Virus record (IMG/VR): IMGVR_UViG_3300024297_000327
Span: 1 to 40,383 of that record
DNA from: a virus
Taxonomy: Duplodnaviria; Caudoviricetes
Reading direction: 5' to 3' (one strand)
Length of the DNA: 40,383 bases
This document shows positions 1-8,935 of this stretch, in pieces. Made by a program: the position numbers and the translations under genes. The notes beneath the pieces were generated by a model. The model had not been told where the DNA came from. It saw only the letters and a list, made by a program, of their open reading frames with translations, and made no database searches. Each line of letters begins with the position of its first letter. The first letter of the stretch is position 1.

Positions 1-389
1 GGGACCTTATGGTATTAGTAAGTCTTATATTTGTATTTGGATTAGGATACATGTTCCGTGAAGGCGGAGGTAAGATACAAAATATTGTTATTGAAAAGCA
101 CAACACAAGATATGTTCGTAGTGCTACAATAATTGATGCAGTATACTTTTTAATACTATTGTTCTTCAAAGAAATAAACGATATACCTATGTCAACAACA
201 TGGGTGTTTGTTGGACTACTATGTGGACGTGAACTTGCTATGGCAACTATGACAGGCAAGGAAAAGTTCAAGACAGTATTTCCACTTGTAACTAAAGACT
301 TCATTAAGATGATGATTGGCTTGGGTGCTTCTGTGGGAGTAGTGTTAACGATACACTATGTTATTGTTCCTAACGGTATAGGACTGTAA
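1..389 (+). CDS. C-terminal part of an integral membrane protein, PiT/PHO4-like transporter-related (5' truncated)
   Basis: Frame open from the window edge; several hydrophobic helices; IPMSTTWVFVGLLCGRE resembles the PxSTT signature of PiT-type transporters. Confidence 0.5.
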   Translation, partial: DLMVLVSLIFVFGLGYMFREGGGKIQNIVIEKHNTRYVRSATIIDAVYFLILLFFKEINDIPMSTTWVFVGLLCGRELAMATMTGKEKFKTVFPLVTKDFIKMMIGLGASVGVVLTIHYVIVPNGIGL

Positions 390-395
390 TTCATA

Positions 396-428
396 AAAAT
401 AGGGTGCCTTCAACAAGCACCCTATTTT
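396..428. terminator. Bidirectional intrinsic terminator
   Basis: AAAATAGGGTGC...GCACCCTATTTT inverted repeat between converging genes. Confidence 0.85.
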
Positions 429-436
429 ATTGATCT

Positions 437-907
437 TTAGATATTATCTTCTGTAGGTACTATTGATCCATTACCAAATAAATCAACAGCCTTCCAAGCA
501 GAATACATTTTCCACTTAGGTACTGAAGGTTCAGCATCTACCATGCCATACCAGAAAACCATATCAGAGGCTTTCTTTGCTGACTTAACAAGTGCTTCGT
601 CTTGTTTGTCTTGCATCTTGTGTCTGTATTGTCTAATTGTTTTGTACAGTAAATCATGTATGATGGCGCTACGTGCTACATCAAACGGTGCTATTAGCCA
701 CCACATTGCTCTTGGTACTGATGCTAAATCAGTAACAAATCCAGTAGGAACAGTTATTTTTGAACCTTTGAGTTTAACACCCACGCCTTTTAATGCTTTA
801 AGTTCTAATTCTGTTAACTCTGGACAATCATATGACAAATCACGACCCAGTACCCATTTACGTGGCGGGTTGAACTCTGCCATGATTTTGTTATTAAAAG
901 TTCCCAT
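437..907 (-). CDS. DUF1353-family protein
   Basis: VPTGFVTDLASVPR..W and AIIHDLLY motifs; SD GAGGGAG at 920-914. Confidence 0.8.
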   Translation of the reverse strand: MGTFNNKIMAEFNPPRKWVLGRDLSYDCPELTELELKALKGVGVKLKGSKITVPTGFVTDLASVPRAMWWLIAPFDVARSAIIHDLLYKTIRQYRHKMQDKQDEALVKSAKKASDMVFWYGMVDAEPSVPKWKMYSAWKAVDLFGNGSIVPTEDNI

Positions 908-946
908 ATTATACTCCCTCTTAGTTTATAAACCTTTTTGCAGTAA

Positions 947-971
947 TATTTATTTGTAATTGCCATAAATA
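947..971. promoter_or_regulatory. Back-to-back late-promoter-like TAAATA motifs
   Basis: TAAATA on the minus strand at 952-947 and on the plus strand at 966-971, between divergent genes. Confidence 0.65.
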
Positions 972-992
972 GTAGTAAGGAAACTGAACACT

Positions 993-1253
993 ATGAAAAA
1001 ACGCACAAGATCAATCTTAGAAGAATTAAACAATCTACATAGAGATCGTGATAATGATTCGCTAATCGCTACTACAGGTACTAATATTATAGAAAGTGCA
1101 GTAAACTTGCTTTCACGTATTAACGAACAGTACTCAGAAGAAGAAGCATTAGACATTGAACGTAGATTCCTAAACTCAATTAGAACTGGCGATACTAAGA
1201 AATTTAGACGTGGTATCCAAAAAGTACAGGAAAGTAGAAAAAATGATTCTTAA
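993..1253 (+). CDS. Hypothetical phage protein
   Basis: 86 aa ORF, AAGGA SD, overlaps the next start. Confidence 0.75.
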   Translation: MKKRTRSILEELNNLHRDRDNDSLIATTGTNIIESAVNLLSRINEQYSEEEALDIERRFLNSIRTGDTKKFRRGIQKVQESRKNDS

Positions 1254-2004
1254 TGAAGGTGGTAACGTATTCAAAGACCAAGATGGTAAGCCTACTACTC
1301 AACGCATTCAACAAGCAGACGTAGACCCAACATTAAAGTGGATTGAGTCAATCACTGGTATGGACCATGTTAACATGAAGTTAGGTTCAACAGGAATTAA
1401 AAGTTCAAGTGGTGACTTAGATGTTGCAGTAGACAAAGACAAGTACGATAAGTCAGAAGTTGAAACAAAACTTATGCAGTGGGTACAAAAGAATCACCCA
1501 GACGATGAACCAAGACAGTGGGTAGCCAAGTCAGGTATCAACGTACACTTCAAAGCACCCATCAATGGTAAAGAAGGCAACGGATTTGTACAGTTAGATT
1601 TAATGTTTGGTGAGCCAGACTTTATGAAGTTCGCACTAAAAGGTTACGGTGACGATACAAAGTACAAAGGTGTACACAGAGCAATATTAATTTCAAGCAT
1701 TGCAAAGTTTCATGGTTACAAGTTTAACAGTCAAACAGGACTTGTTGATAGAATTAATAATAAAACAGTTTCAAAAGACCCAGACGAGATTGCACAGTAT
1801 CTTTTAGGCGACAATGCCAAAGGTGCAGACTTAGATAGTGTTGACTCTATTGTTAACAAAATTAAAAGTGATCCTAACTATGATGCAATGACGGCAGACG
1901 CTGTTAAGTATTTTGAGAAGGACGGATTAAAACTACCAGAAGCAGTTCAGTATGAAGGACGTGAATGGTTTAGAAACACATTGGATAAGTTAAATGAAGT
2001 TTAG
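1243..2004 (+). CDS. Pol-beta superfamily nucleotidyltransferase-like protein
   Basis: LGSTG..SSSGDLDVAVD matches the GS..DxD motif; third acidic residue in VQLDLMF; start MILNEGG at 1243 preferred to 1210. Confidence 0.7.
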   Translation: MILNEGGNVFKDQDGKPTTQRIQQADVDPTLKWIESITGMDHVNMKLGSTGIKSSSGDLDVAVDKDKYDKSEVETKLMQWVQKNHPDDEPRQWVAKSGINVHFKAPINGKEGNGFVQLDLMFGEPDFMKFALKGYGDDTKYKGVHRAILISSIAKFHGYKFNSQTGLVDRINNKTVSKDPDEIAQYLLGDNAKGADLDSVDSIVNKIKSDPNYDAMTADAVKYFEKDGLKLPEAVQYEGREWFRNTLDKLNEV

Positions 2005-3694
2005 TGAAATAAAAAAAGAAGCACCTGATACACAGGGCGGTTACAAAAAGCCTGCACAGTTTGATCCTAATGATATGGGGATTACAAAAGGTATTAAGAA
2101 AGTAGCCGGTGCCGCTAAGAAAAACTTTAACACAGGAAGAAACTTGGCCGCAGTTGGATCAGGTAAGAAAGATGCAAGTGTGCTTGGCCTGATTGGTGCA
2201 GTTAAAGATGCAGGTAGTGAAATCAAAGGAGCCGCCAAAGGTGCTTACTCTGAACCAGGAGCAGAGCCAGTAGACGGTGACTTGGCACAAACTAAAAAAG
2301 ACAGACCAGATCAAAAGTTTCAAAAGAAACAAGACGGTGGAGATGCAAAACCACAACAACAAAAAGCACAGCCTAAGAAACGTGATCCTAAATTAGTTAG
2401 TGATCCTATTAGAGGCGTAGATGATTATACAAATGGTGCACAGTTTATTCACCCAGAGAACAGACTTTCATATCAATATGATGCAACAGATAAAGTATGG
2501 AGACCACAAACTACTGACCGAAGCATTAAGCCAATAGACCAAGTTAAAGGTAAAGACTTTTTTAACAAAGACAAGAACCGTACAAGAATGTTAGAAAGTT
2601 TAGATGCACGTATCCAACACATAGAAGATTTAATTTTCTTTAATGGTAGTGCAGGTGCAAAGAGAGCATTACAAAAAATTAGAGCAATGGCGGAGAAGAC
2701 AGACAATGTACAAATCAAATGGGATGGATCTCCCGCAGTCATTTTTGGCCGCGATGAAAATGGAGAGTTTATACTCACAGACAAAGGAGGCTTTGTCGCA
2801 AAAGGATATGATGGAAAAGCAAAGAGTCCAGAAGCAGTTAACAAAATGTTCTTGGCCAGACCCGGAGCAAAGAATGATCCTAAAGGTTTTAAAGCATTAG
2901 GAGCCAACATGGCAAAGGCTTGGCCTATTATGGAAAAGGCTACACCTAAAAACTTTAAAGGTTACTTTAAAGGAGACATGCTATACTTCCATGAGCCACA
3001 ACAAGAACAAAACATGTATCACTTCAAACCTAACATTGTACAATACACAGTTAAGACAGATAGTGATTTAGGTAAAGAGATTAATAAAAGTAAGATAGGG
3101 GTAGTAGTTCACAGAGTCATTGACGAAGATGGTAACGAACAACCATTCAACGACTTTGACATTATGGAGGGTACAGATTTACTTGTGATTCCTCCAGTAA
3201 CAGTTTCAGAAACCGTAAAGGTTGATGAAAGTTCAATAGGGAAGTTAGAGAACATCATCTCAAGAAACAGTAGTGCTATTGACAGTTTCCTTGACAAAGC
3301 AAAACTTAAACAGATGCAAGTTACTGACTTCCCGAACATATTGTACACTTATGTAAACCAGAAAGTAGACTCCGGCTTAGAAAACTTAGGCCGTGACTTT
3401 ATTAAATGGATAGGATCTTCTAAGGTTAGTGCAAACAAACAAAGAAAGATACAAGAGTACATTAGTGAGAACGTAAGTACATTCAGTGCTATATGGGATA
3501 CCGTAAACGGCATCATGAATGTAAAAAATAACATCATTGATCAATTGAACAACCAAGATGCAGATGTAAAAGCAACCATTAACGGACAACCGGGTGGTGA
3601 AGGTTATGTTGTAACTGGTTCCAAGGGTGATATGAAACTTGTCAACCGAGGCAAGGGCGGGTTTACTCAAGCCAATAGATCGGTACAAAGATAA
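1994..3694 (+). CDS. RNA-ligase-like nucleotidyltransferase (DUF6267-like) with ~200 aa low-complexity N-terminal extension
   Basis: IKWDGSP (motif I KxDG), KGDMLY (motif III-like), GEGYVV (motif IV), MKLVNR (motif V). Confidence 0.65.
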   Translation: MKFSEIKKEAPDTQGGYKKPAQFDPNDMGITKGIKKVAGAAKKNFNTGRNLAAVGSGKKDASVLGLIGAVKDAGSEIKGAAKGAYSEPGAEPVDGDLAQTKKDRPDQKFQKKQDGGDAKPQQQKAQPKKRDPKLVSDPIRGVDDYTNGAQFIHPENRLSYQYDATDKVWRPQTTDRSIKPIDQVKGKDFFNKDKNRTRMLESLDARIQHIEDLIFFNGSAGAKRALQKIRAMAEKTDNVQIKWDGSPAVIFGRDENGEFILTDKGGFVAKGYDGKAKSPEAVNKMFLARPGAKNDPKGFKALGANMAKAWPIMEKATPKNFKGYFKGDMLYFHEPQQEQNMYHFKPNIVQYTVKTDSDLGKEINKSKIGVVVHRVIDEDGNEQPFNDFDIMEGTDLLVIPPVTVSETVKVDESSIGKLENIISRNSSAIDSFLDKAKLKQMQVTDFPNILYTYVNQKVDSGLENLGRDFIKWIGSSKVSANKQRKIQEYISENVSTFSAIWDTVNGIMNVKNNIIDQLNNQDADVKATINGQPGGEGYVVTGSKGDMKLVNRGKGGFTQANRSVQR

Positions 3695-3706
3695 TAGGAG
3701 CAAACA

Positions 3707-4144
3707 ATGAAACTAAAAGAAATGTTAGATGACGTGAAAATGCACGAAATCGATGACGACATGAGAGACTTAGGACTTGGCGGTCCTGATATAGCAGACG
3801 ATGATGATGCAGGCATGGATGCTGAATTCAAAAACACACCAATGATTATCCAAGTAGGCAAAGTACTTGACTCAAGAGGTAATCCAAACCCAGTAAAAAC
3901 TTGTAAGACTGATGATGGTAAAGAAATGCCATGTAGTCCAGAACAAGCGGCAACAATTAAAATGTTGTTAACTACTGATAAAGTTAAACCTGCAATCAAA
4001 CGTGAGTTTACAAAAGACGTACAGAATAGTGAAACACTTGGTATGCTTTTAAAAGCAGGTAGCAAAGACGATATGATTAGAGCATTCCTTGAGAAGTATG
4101 TTAAAGGTCAAGGAGACGCACCAGAGAGAAGTAACTACACCTAA
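3707..4144 (+). CDS. Hypothetical protein, acidic N-terminus
   Basis: 145 aa ORF with AGGAG SD; starts MKLKEM. Confidence 0.75.
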   Translation: MKLKEMLDDVKMHEIDDDMRDLGLGGPDIADDDDAGMDAEFKNTPMIIQVGKVLDSRGNPNPVKTCKTDDGKEMPCSPEQAATIKMLLTTDKVKPAIKREFTKDVQNSETLGMLLKAGSKDDMIRAFLEKYVKGQGDAPERSNYT

Positions 4145-4145
4145 G

Positions 4146-5033
4146 ATGATGGATTTCTTAACAGAACTGCACGAAGCGAGAATGACTCGCGATAGCGGCA
4201 ATCAACGTGTATTAAGTTACACAGATTGTTGTGAGCGACTATACCTTACTATGCTCGTCCTTGAGTTATTAAGAAGGTATCCTCAGTTTGCTCCAGTTGC
4301 TCACGGTTATGCTAAGAGAACAACAGACAGAGATAGTTACAAACACTTTAGAATGTATGCAACAGATTTATATAACTTTGCATACTTTGTACAAGGTGAT
4401 GAAGAAGCATTAAACAAACTTAAAGATCCCAAAGCGGCAATGGCTATTCGTAGAAGAACTACATTGCCTGCAATGGCATTCAATAGATATTTGATGGCTA
4501 TGTCAACAGGCAGGGTAACTTCTTTAAATGACCAAACAGTATTCTTAGGTATTGAAAGTGCTTTGAATATTGTAAACACAGACTACAAAGCAATACGTAG
4601 AAGTTTATTCAACTTCAATAGATTATCAACAGGCGACAAAAAGAAAATTGTTACACGTTTGTTGTATGCTTGTAGAGCAAAACTAAGAAGCAGTGACATC
4701 ATTGAACACTTAGAAGCATTGGCGGCAGTTAGAGATCTTGAATCTGCTAAGGTTAGAGATCCAGAGCCAACTGTATCAATACCAGATGTAAGTGTTGACA
4801 TAAAAGACTTAGGCTTCTATAGATTCTTACTTGGCACAAAGAATTTAATGCTTGCCAAGAAATTTATTGAGATGGCCGTTCAAGGTAAACCTATTCCTCC
4901 ACAAATGGTTAGAGCATACATGCCTGCCATTAAAACTATAGATAATATAGTAAAAGGCGGTCCTGCATTCATTTCCATGCTAAAAGCACTGGAAAGACGT
5001 GCATTACAGAGCCAAACTTCCAAAAAAGACTAA
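4146..5033 (+). CDS. Hypothetical phage protein
   Basis: Long ORF; start at MMDFLTELHE directly after the upstream stop preferred to 4089. Confidence 0.75.
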   Translation: MMDFLTELHEARMTRDSGNQRVLSYTDCCERLYLTMLVLELLRRYPQFAPVAHGYAKRTTDRDSYKHFRMYATDLYNFAYFVQGDEEALNKLKDPKAAMAIRRRTTLPAMAFNRYLMAMSTGRVTSLNDQTVFLGIESALNIVNTDYKAIRRSLFNFNRLSTGDKKKIVTRLLYACRAKLRSSDIIEHLEALAAVRDLESAKVRDPEPTVSIPDVSVDIKDLGFYRFLLGTKNLMLAKKFIEMAVQGKPIPPQMVRAYMPAIKTIDNIVKGGPAFISMLKALERRALQSQTSKKD

Positions 5034-5115
5034 ATAATAGTAACAACTTCATAGAGTAATGAAGATGTCATTTAAGAGAAGAAGTATTTCTTTATTTTAA
5101 CATAGGAGAAAAAAA

Positions 5116-5460
5116 ATGGCTGGAATAGCACAAGGAAACGGCGGAATCGCTAAAGCAGGAAATGGTTTAGGTGGAAAAACAAGAATCATCAACCTTGCAA
5201 AAACTAACATGACACAAGCAGAATTAGATGCGGCGTTAACATATCTTGCGGCAGGTGATGTTGCTGGAACTAACGATGCACACACAATCGCTGGTGTATC
5301 TGTTTTAACTGAATCAGGTGTGTTCACAAGTGGAACTACTGATGCAGTACAAGTTGCACTTCAAGGAACTGGCGCATTTACTGCGGCGGCTGACTTTGGA
5401 ACTGGTTCAACTGGAGTAACTTCAAGTTTACTTGCAGACTTTGACCAAAACCCTGCGTAA
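5116..5460 (+). CDS. Small Gly/Ala/Thr-rich protein, probably an abundant virion structural protein
   Basis: Own TAAATA at 5031, strong AGGAG SD, followed by a terminator; function inferred from composition and context only. Confidence 0.55.
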   Translation: MAGIAQGNGGIAKAGNGLGGKTRIINLAKTNMTQAELDAALTYLAAGDVAGTNDAHTIAGVSVLTESGVFTSGTTDAVQVALQGTGAFTAAADFGTGSTGVTSSLLADFDQNPA

Positions 5461-5485
5461 TTAGTTTTTAACTAATACGAAGTTT

Positions 5486-5518
5486 AAAAGGGCTCAGTTT
5501 TTACTGGGCCCTTTTTTT
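5486..5518 (+). terminator. Intrinsic terminator
   Basis: AAAAGGGCTCAGT-TTTT-ACTGGGCCCTTTTTTT stem-loop plus T tract. Confidence 0.9.
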
Positions 5519-5536
5519 ATGACTATAAGTAATACT

Positions 5537-5944
5537 ATGAAAGTCACGATCAGAACCCTAATAGATATTACGGAGACTCGTAAGTATAAACACAACGAGG
5601 CTGATAAACAGTTAATCAATCAACAAGCCAACTTCATGAGTTTCTTTAACTGTTTGAGTATGCGTTTCAATCCTTACTACGAAGTAAGTCCATTATGTTC
5701 TGAACAAGACGTAACTGGGGTTTTTGGTACAGACTTTACGGGTAAACATAAAGTTTGGGATTTTGAGTTTGATGTTGAAACAGCAGTTGCAGGAACAGAT
5801 CTTAATACACTTAAAGATGATTTTGATTTAGTACCTGTGGTAGCGAACCTAACAGAATCGATAAATACTGATAACAAAGCATTTAGAACAAAGAGTAAGA
5901 AGAAGTGTAATATCATCTTTATCTTACCAGAGAATGCAGAGTAA
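5537..5944 (+). CDS. Hypothetical phage protein
   Basis: ORF MKVTIRTLIDIT; ATG 5 nt after TATAAGTA (5524-5531); ATG at 5519 abuts the terminator and is upstream of the promoter motif. Confidence 0.7.
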   Translation: MKVTIRTLIDITETRKYKHNEADKQLINQQANFMSFFNCLSMRFNPYYEVSPLCSEQDVTGVFGTDFTGKHKVWDFEFDVETAVAGTDLNTLKDDFDLVPVVANLTESINTDNKAFRTKSKKKCNIIFILPENAE

Positions 5945-5950
5945 AATCAG

Positions 5951-5958
5951 TATAAATA
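5951..5958 (+). promoter_or_regulatory. T4-type late promoter consensus
   Basis: Exact TATAAATA in an intergenic position. Confidence 0.7.
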
Positions 5959-6041
5959 TTATTATAATTTAGGCAAACATTACATCTCAATTAGGTACAT
6001 AATAGGCCCCTTGCACGATAAACACGCAATGGAGAGAACAG

Positions 6042-6278
6042 ATGGCAAGAGCCACAAGTTTAGAAAAAGAAAATTTAGAAGCACACGTAGACTTGTGCGA
6101 ACAGAGATATAAATCCTTAGAAGGTCGTTTAGGTAAGATCGAAGAAAAGGTAGAACATATCCATTCGGACATACAAAACGGCAATAAGTCTATGATCAAA
6201 GTAATCGTTGGTGCTTCCGGAACTATTGTAGCAGGGCTCCTTTCTACAATAATCGTTATCCTTATCAACTTCAACTAA
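6042..6278 (+). CDS. Small coiled-coil protein with C-terminal transmembrane helix (XhlA/holin-like architecture)
   Basis: Heptad pattern LEGRLGKIEEKVEHI then hydrophobic VIVGASGTIVAGLLSTIIVILI; GGAG SD. Confidence 0.6.
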   Translation: MARATSLEKENLEAHVDLCEQRYKSLEGRLGKIEEKVEHIHSDIQNGNKSMIKVIVGASGTIVAGLLSTIIVILINFN

Positions 6279-6304
6279 TCCTTAAGACACTAAATACAAG
6301 TGTT

Positions 6305-6631
6305 ATGTTAATAGAAGATATTATCGCACCTCTTGTAGAAAAACAGATATGGGCTCGTTCAGGTAAGAAAGTAGTCCGTAAGTATCGTTGTACCACAGGA
6401 CATCGCAAAGGGCGTATTGTATCTAAGATAGGACAGTGCTTTGCCGCACCGAATATCAAAGCAAAGATACGCATGAAGAAAACAAGAGCCAGACTTGGTG
6501 CAAGAATGGCACGTAAGGCAAGAAGAACTAAACGTACTAATCCAGCAAGTATCAGAGTAAGAACTATGAACAGATCTGGAGCAGGGTTTAAAGTGCCTAA
6601 CAAACGTATAGCAATTAAGAAGAGAAAGTAA
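6305..6631 (+). CDS. Highly basic Arg/Lys-rich protein, paralog 1
   Basis: RKYRCTTGHRKGRIV....QC core; very basic tail. Confidence 0.75.
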   Translation: MLIEDIIAPLVEKQIWARSGKKVVRKYRCTTGHRKGRIVSKIGQCFAAPNIKAKIRMKKTRARLGARMARKARRTKRTNPASIRVRTMNRSGAGFKVPNKRIAIKKRK

Positions 6632-6960
6632 TGATTGTTAGTGAGATAATTACAGAAGGAGCGTTACAAATTGCAGGCCGACGTGGTGGTAAGATTGTGC
6701 GTAAATACAGATGTACAACAGGCTCACGTAAAGGACGTATTGTTGCAAAGCCAGAAACTTGTAACAAACCTAAAAGGGTACAAAGTTCGATTAACATAAA
6801 GAGAGCAAAGGCAAGACGTGGTAGTGCGATGAAGATTGCAACGGCACGTAGAAAAAGAGCAGGAGGTCAGTCACAACGCTTGGCAAGGATTAACAGGTCA
6901 GGCAGACGTAACCTGAAAAACATTAGACCTAAAACAAGAAGTAGAAAGAGATCAAGATAA
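6631..6960 (+). CDS. Highly basic Arg/Lys-rich protein, paralog 2
   Basis: RKYRCTTGSRKGRIV....TC core; TAATG stop-start coupling. Confidence 0.75.
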   Translation: MIVSEIITEGALQIAGRRGGKIVRKYRCTTGSRKGRIVAKPETCNKPKRVQSSINIKRAKARRGSAMKIATARRKRAGGQSQRLARINRSGRRNLKNIRPKTRSRKRSR

Positions 6961-7493
6961 TGAGATACAACGAGATTCAACTTACTGAAGAACGTGCAAG
7001 AGAAATTCTTGCAAACAAGTATCCTCATTACACTCCAGAACAGATTGACGAGGCAGTCCCAGCAATGTTAGGTGCAGTCGCAGGAGCGGCAGGCAAGTTA
7101 GCAATGAAAGGTGCCGCGGCCGCAGGTAAGATGGCGGCTAAAGGTGCAGGAGCAGTTGCGAAGGCAGGTGCAAAAGGCATTGGCAGAGTAGGGCAGAAGA
7201 TGGGACAGATGGCCGCGAAAGGTGCTAAAGGCGCCGCACAGAAACTTGCAACAAAGGCAGTGAATAAAGCACAAGGTATGGTTGCTAACAAGATGGCACA
7301 GGCAGTATTAAAACCCGGAAGTACTCTTCCGATGCCAGATGCACAAGGAAAACAACAAGACTTTGAAATAGACAGTGTTAAGGGCAATGAAGTAACACTG
7401 AAAAATCCAAAAGCCAAACCAGGCGAACCAATAAAAACAGTTCATGTTAAAAAAGATTTGGATCCAATTATCAAGCAAATGACAACTGGATAA
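6960..7493 (+). CDS. Ala/Gly/Lys-rich repeat protein with small C-terminal beta domain
   Basis: Repeated (A)AKGA/AGK units; TAATG coupling. Confidence 0.7.
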   Translation: MRYNEIQLTEERAREILANKYPHYTPEQIDEAVPAMLGAVAGAAGKLAMKGAAAAGKMAAKGAGAVAKAGAKGIGRVGQKMGQMAAKGAKGAAQKLATKAVNKAQGMVANKMAQAVLKPGSTLPMPDAQGKQQDFEIDSVKGNEVTLKNPKAKPGEPIKTVHVKKDLDPIIKQMTTG

Positions 7494-7496
7494 CCA

Positions 7497-7715
7497 ATGA
7501 AAATTAACGAACTTTTACAGACTTTTACAATAGCATTAAGCAATGAGGAATCAGAAGTATTGAACCAAATGTCTAAAGGAGATGTTACTCCTATTCATGC
7601 TTACACTGAAAGAGAGCAATTCGTGATTGAATCTCTTATCAGAAAGGCTTTAGTAAGTAAAGTAGTTAAAAACGGTAGAATACTGGTTATGGCAAATGAA
7701 ACATACAAACCCTAA
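7497..7715 (+). CDS. Hypothetical protein
   Basis: 72 aa ORF in a tight operon; starts MKINELL. Confidence 0.7.
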   Translation: MKINELLQTFTIALSNEESEVLNQMSKGDVTPIHAYTEREQFVIESLIRKALVSKVVKNGRILVMANETYKP

Positions 7716-8127
7716 TATAACTAAACTCTTAAACGAGATAATGGATGCCGAACTGGCAGAGTATCCCGTACCATATAAAAAGGGTAATAGCATACGCATA
7801 AAGAATGTTGTCATGCGTAGAAACGGTAAAGGGTATCATGTATTCAATCTTGTAGACAAATCCCATGTAATCTTTACCCCGTCTAAGACTACTGCACTTG
7901 CAATCGCACATTGCACAGCACATGGGTTACACCATTCTGTATCTGATATTAAGCGTTTAGAGTCTAAATTGAGTAAATACTATAACGATGCTATATTTTA
8001 TAAGTATACTGTAGAGCATAGTAAGGACGAAATACGTGCAGATTCGGCGCAAATGCGGTTTGAGATAGCAATGGACGAATGTATGCGTATCAGGGATCAA
8101 ATTGAGAACTATCTTTTTGATAAATAA
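7696..8127 (+). CDS. Hypothetical protein
   Basis: 143 aa ORF overlapping the upstream gene end. Confidence 0.7.
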   Translation: MKHTNPNITKLLNEIMDAELAEYPVPYKKGNSIRIKNVVMRRNGKGYHVFNLVDKSHVIFTPSKTTALAIAHCTAHGLHHSVSDIKRLESKLSKYYNDAIFYKYTVEHSKDEIRADSAQMRFEIAMDECMRIRDQIENYLFDK

Positions 8128-8149
8128 ATATAGTTAAAAGGAACAAGCA

Positions 8150-8935
8150 ATGAGAATAAGCCATTTTAATAAACCGATCACAGCAAAGAGCTTGAACGAA
8201 AGCCTTGATAAAAGATTCGGACAAACAGTAGACGTAGATAAGTTTTCAACTGATCAATTAATGGACGCAAGAAACAAATTGCGTACAGCATTACATGATA
8301 TCGAAACTAACGAATCATTTGATGCAGTAGGTAACGAAGATTACCAAAAGAAAAGTATGTTCCTTAAAGTTATTAACCAGGCAATTGATGAAAGAGCACA
8401 TATTGTAGAAGGCGATGTAGAAGCAGACAAAGCAATCACAGAAGGCGCTGAAGAAGAAGCAACACTTGTTATGGCCGCAAAGGACATGGTTGACAGAGTT
8501 ACAGGCTGGATGGAAGACACAGCAGAAATGCAAACAGAATCAATGCTTGAAATAGGCGACAAGATTAGAGATGAAATGGGCAGTGAACAATCTGAATCAT
8601 TCATAGGAACAGTTAAGCCAGCATTAGAACAATTATTCACAACACTTGAAACAACACGTGACGCATTAACAGGCGGCGTAGCCGTACTGACAGGCGAGGG
8701 TGCACCAGAAACAATGGGCGACGAAGCACCAGCAGAAGAAGATCCAGAAATGGAACCAACAGTAGACGCAGAAGCAGAAGCAGAAGCACCAGCAGAAGAA
8801 GGTGGTGATGAGTTTGCCGCGGCAGAGCCAGCAACAGGTGGCGAAGAAGACGCAGGTAGACCAGCAAGAGAAAGCATAGAGCGTTCACGTAGACTTGGTA
8901 CTATACTTGGAGGTGCTGACTCAAAAAAAAAGTAA
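8150..8935 (+). CDS. Acidic helical protein, possibly prohead core/scaffold-like; ends at a slippery site
   Basis: TAAATA at 8121/8125, AAGGA SD, Glu/Ala/Pro-rich tail, several I/L-x-E motifs; function inferred. Confidence 0.6.
   Translation: MRISHFNKPITAKSLNESLDKRFGQTVDVDKFSTDQLMDARNKLRTALHDIETNESFDAVGNEDYQKKSMFLKVINQAIDERAHIVEGDVEADKAITEGAEEEATLVMAAKDMVDRVTGWMEDTAEMQTESMLEIGDKIRDEMGSEQSESFIGTVKPALEQLFTTLETTRDALTGGVAVLTGEGAPETMGDEAPAEEDPEMEPTVDAEAEAEAPAEEGGDEFAAAEPATGGEEDAGRPARESIERSRRLGTILGGADSKKK

Noticed and set aside
5041-5100. Short hairpin CTTCAT/ATGAAG in the leader of the 114 aa gene
   Set aside because: A 6 bp AT-rich stem is insufficient to call a regulatory RNA
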